Assembly (NCBI GenBank): GCA_022782265.1
Contig: JALFOM010000084.1
Location: forward strand, 1,961-65,960
Reading direction: 5' to 3'
Length of the DNA stretch: 64,000 bases
DNA from: Clostridiales bacterium
Lineage (GTDB): Bacteria; Bacillota; Clostridia; Oscillospirales; Oscillospiraceae
The stretch's first letter is position 1. Each line of letters starts with the position of its first letter. Below the pieces are notes generated by a model. That model was not told the origin of the DNA and made no database searches. It saw nothing but the letters and a program-made list of their open reading frames with translations. A program made the position numbers and the translations under genes. Below, in pieces: positions 7,631 to 13,305 of this stretch.

Positions 7631-7939
7631 ATGAGAGAACGCAATCATTTTATCGGCCTTTGGCTAAATAATGAGGAATACGCCCATCTGCGAGAGCAAT
7701 GCGAGATCACGGGTTTACCAACCAGCGTACTGATCCGCAATGCCCTCGCTGGGGTACAGCTCCGGCAAAGACCACCCGGCGAATACGCGGGCCTGCTGCG
7801 GGCTCTATCGGCCATCGGCAACAACGTCAACCAAATCGCGCACTGGGCCAACGCCAAAAAGAGCATCCAAGAGGCGGAGATCCGGCAGGCGGTTCTGCTG
7901 GCAAACAAGGCGTGGGAGTTGGTAAAGGAGACGTTGTAA
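7631..7939 (+). CDS. mobC: plasmid mobilisation relaxosome protein MobC (orphan, no relaxase follows)
   Basis: ATG at 7631 after GGAGG. The sequence LNNEEYAHLREQCEITGLPTSVLIRNALAG...LSAIGNNVNQIAHWANA matches the MobC RHH plus IGNNLNQIAR motif. Confidence 0.85.
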   Translation: MRERNHFIGLWLNNEEYAHLREQCEITGLPTSVLIRNALAGVQLRQRPPGEYAGLLRALSAIGNNVNQIAHWANAKKSIQEAEIRQAVLLANKAWELVKETL

Positions 7940-7942
7940 ATG

Positions 7943-7959
7943 TGTCTCACCGTGAGACA
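7943..7959. repeat. 17-bp palindrome TGTCTCAC-C-GTGAGACA (copy 3)
   Basis: Starts 4 nt after the mobC stop. 7938-7965 is a direct repeat of 6535-6562 with one mismatch. Confidence 0.85.
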
Positions 7960-8114
7960 GGTTTTGACCGAGCTTCTGATGTCACTCAAAGCTCAAACTC
8001 TTCTTATTTGCGCTGTCGTGATATAATAAAGAAAAAACTTTTCCTGTTTTTGTGACACTTTGCTCAAAAAATGGATTTATATAAGTGAGGGCCCTTAAAC
8101 AAAGGAGACGAGGT

Positions 8115-8687
8115 ATGAACGACAGAGATATAGTCAATTTATACTGGCAGCGTTCAGAGCAGGCCATAGCGGAAACCGAGCGGAAATACGGGAGTTACTG
8201 CCACATTATCGCATATAACATCCTCGAAAACAGCGAAGATTCCGAGGAGTGCGTCAATGATACCTGGATGAGCGCATGGAACGCAATGCCGGACAAGCGC
8301 CCGGACCGGCTCAGCCCCTTCCTTGCCCGGATCACACGCAACTTCGCTCTGACAAAGATCGTCCGTCGCACGGCGAAGAAACGGGGCGGCGGTGAAGCAG
8401 AGCTTGCGCTGGAGGAGCTGGACGAGTGTCTTTCCTCCGGCTACGATCTGGAAAAGGAAATCGAAGATCGGGAGCTGAGTCGCGCCATAGACGAATTTAT
8501 AGGGCAGCTCGGTGAAGAAGAACAGCTTGTATTTGTCAGCCGGTATTGGTTCGTGGCGACCGAGCGGGAGATCGCGGAAAAGCTGGGCCTGAGCCGCAGT
8601 GGCGTCGCCGCCATGCTGAAAAGGACAAGAGGCAAGTTGAAGACATACCTGTTGATGGAGGGCTTATGTACAATTCGGAACGAATGA
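8115..8687 (+). CDS. sigma-70 family (ECF-like) RNA polymerase sigma factor, element copy
   Basis: ATG at 8115 after AAAGGAG. The region-2-like segment is IVNLYWQRSEQAIAETERKYGSYCHIIAYNILENSEDSEECVNDTWMSAW and region 4 is REIAEKLGLSRSGVAAMLKRTRGKL. By eye it is more than half identical to the chromosomal copy at 23649-24206. Confidence 0.85.
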   Translation: MNDRDIVNLYWQRSEQAIAETERKYGSYCHIIAYNILENSEDSEECVNDTWMSAWNAMPDKRPDRLSPFLARITRNFALTKIVRRTAKKRGGGEAELALEELDECLSSGYDLEKEIEDRELSRAIDEFIGQLGEEEQLVFVSRYWFVATEREIAEKLGLSRSGVAAMLKRTRGKLKTYLLMEGLCTIRNE

Positions 8688-9736
8688 TGAAAGCCGTTGG
8701 AGACATTTCCGATGATAAGATCGAGAAAACCGGCCGCGCGCTGGGCTATCAAAAAGAGAGACACAGCATGTCTCGCGCCCCCGTTCGGATGGGGAGATGG
8801 CTGTCCATTGCTGCGGTGGTTGCGCTGATCCTCGCGCTGGGTGTGACGGCCTATGCAATCTATACGCACTGGTCGCGAGGCATGGAGCAACGACTTCCCG
8901 CCACAGAGGAAGAAAAAGAACTGGCAGAGCAGAGCGGCCTGTCCGACACTTCCCATACTGTCAGCGCCACAGCCAACGGCGTGACGATCTCTGTGGAGCA
9001 GACGATCATCGACGGAGATTCCGCCGAGATTGCCCTGCGGATCGAGGGTTGGCAGCTTGACCGGGAACAGGAACTTGACGCCACCGTTTGGGGCTGGATG
9101 CCTACCTTCAACGGAGAAGGAGCGCCTGCGATGGGCGGCAGTTTCGTGGAAGACCGCGACGCAAATGACCGTGTTTTCATTATTGCGGCTGACGGCTCGA
9201 TGGAATTCGATATCTGGGCCAGAGCAGGAGACAAGCTAGGTACACTTTCCGGAAAAGAAATCCGTATTTGCATTGAAAGTTTAGGCGTTGGAGGTCTTAA
9301 AAGCGAGTATCAGCCGTTGGTGGAAGGCCCCTGGGAACTCGTTTGGACACCCAGTAGCAACAGCGAACTGCTGACCGTACAGCCTGATGCAGACCTCGGT
9401 GATACCGGGATCAAGTTGGTTTCCGCGGAGGTTGGCCCGATTTCTGCGAAGGTGGCGCTACAGCTTCCCGAACTCTGGAAGGGCTACGAAACCTTGGAGC
9501 ACCACGATCTCCAACTCGTGGGCGTGCGGCTGACCGACGGGACGGTGCTGACCAACATCTTTGGGCCGCCCACGCAGGAGGGCTACGCGGATATCGACAA
9601 TTTGATCCTTGAGCTGGACTACTCTTCGCATCAGATCCTCCAGCCGGAGCAGGTGGAGGCACTGATTTTTGCCAGCAACTTCCCTTGGGCGAGAACATTG
9701 ACAGACATCGATCTGATCATTATTCCAATCAAATAG
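8666..9736 (+). CDS. single-pass membrane protein co-translated with the sigma factor (putative anti-sigma factor)
   Basis: ATG at 8666 within GGAGGGCTTATG, the same overlap context as 24200. N-terminal cytoplasmic segment, TM helix WLSIAAVVALILALGVTAYAI, then a ~270-aa extracytoplasmic domain. Confidence 0.6.
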   Translation: MYNSERMMKAVGDISDDKIEKTGRALGYQKERHSMSRAPVRMGRWLSIAAVVALILALGVTAYAIYTHWSRGMEQRLPATEEEKELAEQSGLSDTSHTVSATANGVTISVEQTIIDGDSAEIALRIEGWQLDREQELDATVWGWMPTFNGEGAPAMGGSFVEDRDANDRVFIIAADGSMEFDIWARAGDKLGTLSGKEIRICIESLGVGGLKSEYQPLVEGPWELVWTPSSNSELLTVQPDADLGDTGIKLVSAEVGPISAKVALQLPELWKGYETLEHHDLQLVGVRLTDGTVLTNIFGPPTQEGYADIDNLILELDYSSHQILQPEQVEALIFASNFPWARTLTDIDLIIIPIK

Positions 9737-9760
9737 TAAGTATTGGAACACATAGAGATC

Positions 9761-9949
9761 ATGATCATAGAACAAGAACGAAAGTCATTATGGCTCCCAT
9801 GTCCAAAGTGTGGAGCCAGGACAAAGATCAAAATCTATGAGGACACCGTACTTCTGAATTTCCCCTTATACTGTACCAAGTGCAAGGAAGAAACCAAACT
9901 CGGCGTGATAAAATTCAAGATCGTAGTTAGCGACGAGCCAGACGCTTAA
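9761..9949 (+). CDS. cysteine-rich KTR domain (zinc-ribbon) small protein
   Basis: CPKCG...NFPLYCTKCK...EPDA pattern, as I remember for the Cys-rich KTR family on Firmicute mobile elements. The start is uncertain (TTG 9743 or ATG 9761). Confidence 0.7.
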   Translation: MIIEQERKSLWLPCPKCGARTKIKIYEDTVLLNFPLYCTKCKEETKLGVIKFKIVVSDEPDA

Positions 9950-9954
9950 AGCGC

Positions 9955-9990
9955 AGAGCCTGCTACTCCGTGAGTGGAGAAGCAGGCTCT
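9955..9990 (+). terminator. hairpin after the KTR gene
   Basis: agagcctgct ... agcaggctct (10-bp arms) followed by ttctgtcgtt. The T tract is weak. Confidence 0.45.
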
Positions 9991-10208
9991 TTCTGTCGTT
10001 ATTGGGCATTCAGCACAGGAGTTTTCCCTTCCCCCCGCAGGGCTGTTGGAGAAGCGTGTTTGAAATACCGCTGATTTGGCCTTATCAGTGAGATTCGGCA
10101 CCGTTGCTATAGCTTCGGTTTCGTTTTGAGATCAGGCACCGTCTATGTTCAAAAGCGAAAAGATAGTATTGCTTATTGACCTACACATTCAGAAAGCGGA
10201 GGACAGAT

Positions 10209-10580
10209 ATGTACAGCTTTCATTCTGAAAACAACATGTCCGGCGTGACGCCGGAGGAGATTGCGCGGCTGCTGCGCAGCATCGGAGCATCCGGCAGATT
10301 GGTCGGCTTCTATTACACTGTCTATATCGTGTACACGATCCTGCAAAAGCCGGATGAGTATTTCTGGATCACCAAATGCGCCTACCCGGAAACGGCCCGG
10401 TATTTCAAGGTCAGTCCGTCCTCCGTGGAGCACACGATCCGCACGCTGATCGCTTCGGTGTGGAATCGCCGCAATCATTCCGACATCAACCGCGTGGCCG
10501 GGATCGAGCTAGAGAAGCCGCCCACTAACAGCGAGTTTATCGATATACTGGTCGCCTATCTCCGCTACGGTGTGGATTAA
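10209..10580 (+). CDS. stand-alone Spo0A C-terminal (DNA-binding effector) domain protein, no receiver domain
   Basis: ATG at 10209 after GCGGAGG with 6-nt spacing. The sequence ITKCAYPETARYFKVSPSSVEHTIRTLIASVWNRRN...EKPPTNSEFIDILVAYLR parallels the Spo0A segment ...[32 protein letters not shown]...KPTNSEFIA that I recall. Confidence 0.8.
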   Translation: MYSFHSENNMSGVTPEEIARLLRSIGASGRLVGFYYTVYIVYTILQKPDEYFWITKCAYPETARYFKVSPSSVEHTIRTLIASVWNRRNHSDINRVAGIELEKPPTNSEFIDILVAYLRYGVD

Positions 10581-10603
10581 TCCGTTTCACCATGAAACGG
10601 ATT
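10579..10603 (+). terminator. hairpin AATCCGTTTCA-cca-TGAAACGGATT after the Spo0A_C gene
   Basis: 11-bp arms and a 3-nt loop, followed by ttcgc. Member of the GTTTCAC/GTGAAAC palindrome family. Confidence 0.55.
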
Positions 10604-10610
10604 TTCGCAT

Positions 10611-10675
10611 CGGGTGTTAGGTGGCGCCCCTAAAAGCGGCGTTTGAACTATCAAATGCCATACTTGCTTATAACA
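10611..10675 (-). repeat. right arm of the ~65-nt imperfect inverted repeat
   Basis: CAAATGCCATACTTGCTT (10652-10669) is the exact reverse complement of 6603-6620. Extended similarity was aligned by hand. Confidence 0.75.
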
Positions 10676-10732
10676 TGCGGCTTCCGTCGAGAAACGGATA
10701 AAAGGATTAAATAATGTAGTAATCATTCCGTA

Positions 10733-10960
10733 CTATCTCGAACGAAAAGAGGCCACTTTTCCCGATACTTGCGGTAAAATGGTGTTAAACCAAATAGAGC
10801 TGGCAGATACAATGGTGCCGAATAGAATCAAATGTCCGGCTATACGCTCGGGAAGAAATCTGCCGCAAACGACTTCTTTTTGTCGGGACTTGATTTCTTT
10901 TGCGAATTTTCGTTTTTTCAGCGCCTGATTTTGTTTTAGATATATGGAGAGAAGTCCCAA
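10733..10960 (-). CDS. possible small membrane protein (75 aa)
   Basis: TTG start preceded by GAGGAAGG with about 5-nt spacing. A basic N-terminus is followed by one hydrophobic helix, IAGHLILFGTIVSASSIWFNTIL. No homology recognised. Confidence 0.3.
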   Translation of the reverse strand: MGLLSIYLKQNQALKKRKFAKEIKSRQKEVVCGRFLPERIAGHLILFGTIVSASSIWFNTILPQVSGKVASFRSR

Positions 10961-11276
10961 AGGACACCTTCCTCGAAAACCGAATAGGGCAGGCAGATAC
11001 GTTCTGCTTGTGGGGAGCCGGGCAGCGGGTGCGCCAGGATGCCGATCAACCGAGAGGTGAAGATATCAGGCTGAGCGAGCAACACCGCGCTGTATGCAGC
11101 CGATGGCAAGGCTGAGGGCCACGATCCGCGAGCAGAGATAATGATACCTACGTTGATGGCACGTCACAGAGTCAAACGTCCCGCCATGAGCATGGAGGGA
11201 GGCACGAAACGATCCTACGGAGCGGCCCGCCCCGCCGCCGTCTGACCCTCGCCTTTGAAAAACCGTGAATCTTACG

Positions 11277-11313
11277 ATCCGCACTACACAAGAGTGCGGA
11301 TTTTGTCTTTTTT
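11277..11313 (+). terminator. strong rho-independent terminator in a gene-poor stretch
   Basis: atccgcact-acacaag-agtgcggat followed by tttgtctttttt. No convincing upstream CDS. Confidence 0.7.
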
Positions 11314-11318
11314 AGTCG

Positions 11319-11345
11319 AAATGTGTTTCACGGTGAAACACATTT
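11319..11345. repeat. 27-bp perfect palindrome AAATGTGTTTCAC-G-GTGAAACACATTT
   Basis: 13-bp arms. The half sites GTTTCAC/GTGAAAC equal parS half sites, but one extra central base is present. Confidence 0.85.
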
Positions 11346-11402
11346 TTCAAGCCCAAATTTGGCATACTAAACCATATCCACACACGAAAGGAGCGGGAGC
11401 TT

Positions 11403-11582
11403 ATCATCGTTTCCACGATTAAAAACGAAAACGCCGTGGTGCAGATCCACGACGATTATATTGAGGATATCGACGAGAACGCGGCGCGGGTGAAGGAGAT
11501 ATTGACCAAAGCCCGCAAGCGCCGCAAGGCGGCCGCGAAGCCCGCCGCCGCACAACAAAAGTCTTACGCGCCGCAGCTATAA
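11403..11582 (+). CDS. small basic-tailed ORF directly upstream of the recombinase, lacking a canonical start codon (RDF candidate or decayed gene)
   Basis: AAAGGAG at 11387-11393 lies 9 nt before an in-frame ATC at 11403. The first canonical start is GTG at 11436. Translation: IIVSTIKNENAVVQIHDDYIEDIDENAARVKEILTKARKRRKAAAKPAAAQQKSYAPQL*. A short hairpin plus T-run follows at 11570-11597. Confidence 0.35.
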   Translation: MIVSTIKNENAVVQIHDDYIEDIDENAARVKEILTKARKRRKAAAKPAAAQQKSYAPQL

Positions 11583-11620
11583 TCTGCGGCCTTTTTCTAT
11601 AAATTGCCACGCCTGAAAAT

Positions 11621-11649
11621 TTGACAGGCTATGGCCGATTTGAGATAAT
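11621..11649 (+). promoter_or_regulatory. sigma-A-like promoter of the recombinase gene
   Basis: TTGACA (11621-11626), 17-nt spacer, GATAAT (11644-11649). AAAGGAGG RBS, then ATG at 11671. Confidence 0.5.
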
Positions 11650-11670
11650 ATCGACAGAAAGGAGGCCCCC

Positions 11671-13212
11671 ATGGAGCAATATCTTGAATATCTCCGTAAA
11701 TCTCGCTTTGACCGTGATTATCTGGATTTGAGTGTGGAGGAAACGCTGAAACGGCACCAGGAGATTCTGGACAGACTGGCGAGAGACAGAGGATTCTATA
11801 TTGCGAAGGTGTATCGGGAGGTCGTGTCCGGCGAGTCCATCGCCGCCCGGCCCGAGGTACAGAAGATGCTGGAAGAAGTCTCTTCCGGGATCTATACCGG
11901 GGTGCTCGTTGTCGATGTGGAGCGTCTGGCCCGCGGCAACAGCGCGGATCAGGCATACATCAGCCAGATCTTTCAGTTCTCCGACACCAAGATCATCACC
12001 CCCGCCAAGACCTACGACCCGACGGACGAATTCGACCAGGAGTATTTCGAGTTCGGCCTGTTCATGAGCCGGAGAGAGTACAAGACCATCAACCGACGCC
12101 TTGTCAGAGGCCGTCAGAGCTCCGCCAGTGAAGGAAAATACGTCGGCAGCATCGCGCCCTATGGCTACGACCGGGTGAAGCTGCAGGGTGAGAAGGGCTA
12201 TACGCTCGAACCAAATCCGGCAGAGGCGGAGGCTGTGCGGCGGATGTTCGAGCTGTACGTCCGGCGGCAGGGTACGAAAATGATCGCCAATGAGCTGAAC
12301 GACCGCAAAATCCCCACGCGCCACGGCGGGAAGTGGGATGCCTCGACGGTGGGCAACATCCTCATAAACCCCGTCTATCTGGGCAAGATCAAGCGCGGCT
12401 ACGTCAAAGAGACCAAGCGCCTGGACGAGCGGGGCAATGTGGTGTCCAGCTACAGGCATTGCAAGGACGTGGAGGACTACGACCTGTACGAGGGCCGCCA
12501 CCCCGCGCTGATCGACGACGCGCTCTTTGAAAAAGCGCAGAAGATACGCAAGGAAAACTACGTCGGCCCGAAGGTAAAAAAGCAGTACGAGCTTGTCAAT
12601 CCCTTCGCGGGCGTGATGGTCTGCGCGGAGTGCGGAAAGCCTATCGGCCGCAAGGCCTCCTCGAAGAACCACCCCAACCCGCCCCGCGTGGCCTGTACCA
12701 ATCCTCACCACTGTCACAACCGCTCCGCGAGCTTTGCGCTGGTGGAAACGGAAATCCTGAGCGCGCTGCGGAGCTGGCTGGACGGCTACAGGATCAAGCT
12801 GGACACCGTGGGCTTTGCGGAGGATATAGCGGACTGTCGGCGGCAGCTGGAACGGATCGCAGCGGAGCGGGAGAAGCTGAAAGCGCAGCTTGACCGGGCC
12901 TACACACTGGTGGAGCAGGGCGTTTACAGTTTGGAGGTCTTCGGGGAACGGTGCGACAAGCTGACGCGAGAGCTGAATGATCTGCAGGAGCAGCAGGACG
13001 CCGCAGAGCAGAGTTTGGCGCAGTATGAGGCCGACGAGAGCAGCCAGCAGGAGATCATTCCGCAGACGGAGACGCTCCTGGCAAGCTACGACGAGTTGAC
13101 CGTACAGGAGCGCAACGAGCTCTTGAAGACCATCCTTTACAAGATTGAATACTACCGGGGAGAGGATGGGATCGTGTCCATTGACCTGTATCCCAGGCTC
13201 CCTAAAGCATAA
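11671..13212 (+). CDS. large serine recombinase (resolvase/invertase N-domain, recombinase domain, zinc ribbon, coiled coil)
   Basis: 513 aa. The catalytic-Ser context YLRKSRFD resembles the YLRRSRQD I recall for SPbeta SprA. Recombinase domain: GYTLEPNPAEAEAVRRMFELYV...WDASTVGNILINPVYLGK. Zinc ribbon: CAECGKPIG...CTNPHHCHN. A C-terminal coiled coil is present. Confidence 0.95.
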   Translation: MEQYLEYLRKSRFDRDYLDLSVEETLKRHQEILDRLARDRGFYIAKVYREVVSGESIAARPEVQKMLEEVSSGIYTGVLVVDVERLARGNSADQAYISQIFQFSDTKIITPAKTYDPTDEFDQEYFEFGLFMSRREYKTINRRLVRGRQSSASEGKYVGSIAPYGYDRVKLQGEKGYTLEPNPAEAEAVRRMFELYVRRQGTKMIANELNDRKIPTRHGGKWDASTVGNILINPVYLGKIKRGYVKETKRLDERGNVVSSYRHCKDVEDYDLYEGRHPALIDDALFEKAQKIRKENYVGPKVKKQYELVNPFAGVMVCAECGKPIGRKASSKNHPNPPRVACTNPHHCHNRSASFALVETEILSALRSWLDGYRIKLDTVGFAEDIADCRRQLERIAAEREKLKAQLDRAYTLVEQGVYSLEVFGERCDKLTRELNDLQEQQDAAEQSLAQYEADESSQQEIIPQTETLLASYDELTVQERNELLKTILYKIEYYRGEDGIVSIDLYPRLPKA

Positions 13213-13288
13213 GTTTGTATCCCCCAGTCACGGGCCGCTGTGCGTCCCGCGACAGCCCCCTTTAGGCAAGGGGGCCCTGTAGCCATCA

Positions 13289-13305
13289 TGCGGTGACCCA
13301 TGTGT
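13289..13305 (+). repeat. right junction core (attR) TGCGGTGACCCATGTGT
   Basis: Identical to 3806-3822. Confidence 0.9.

Larger units (their letters stand above)
3823..13289 (+). mobile_element. ~9.47-kb integrated element interrupting spoIVB (serine-recombinase intervening element, mosaic and decayed cargo)
   Basis: Bounded by 17-bp direct repeats inside one split gene. A large serine recombinase lies at the right end. It carries RepA_N, MobC, TA and regulatory cargo, and local base composition differs from the flanks. The exact crossover is ambiguous within the 17-mer. Confidence 0.85.

Noticed and set aside
8017-8030. Identical 14-mer CGTGATATAATAAA here and at 27300-27313
   Set aside because: Both are simply extended -10 promoter elements (TGnTATAAT plus an A-rich discriminator). 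The flanks are unrelated, so this is not a mobile repeat.
10900-11284. Track ORFs 10900-11115 (+), 11066-11284 (-), 11367-11558 (-), 11419-11610 (-) and 11597-11956 (-)
   Set aside because: They have no RBS, no motifs and Arg/Pro/Gly-rich translations. Several are antisense to the better-supported small ORF or to the recombinase gene.
11319-11345. Element palindromes as genuine ParB-binding parS sites
   Set aside because: The half sites match parS, but all copies have 17-bp spacing (one extra central base) or a changed half-site base. True parS is a 16-bp palindrome like the two at 42786 and 42825. I kept these as a repeat-family finding and did not call them parS.
11363-11369. CATACTA as a sporulation sigma (sigma-G/sigma-E type) -10 element upstream of the RDF-candidate ORF
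   Set aside because: No matching -35 (GnATA or ATA-type) lies at the required spacing. A 7-mer alone is not evidence.
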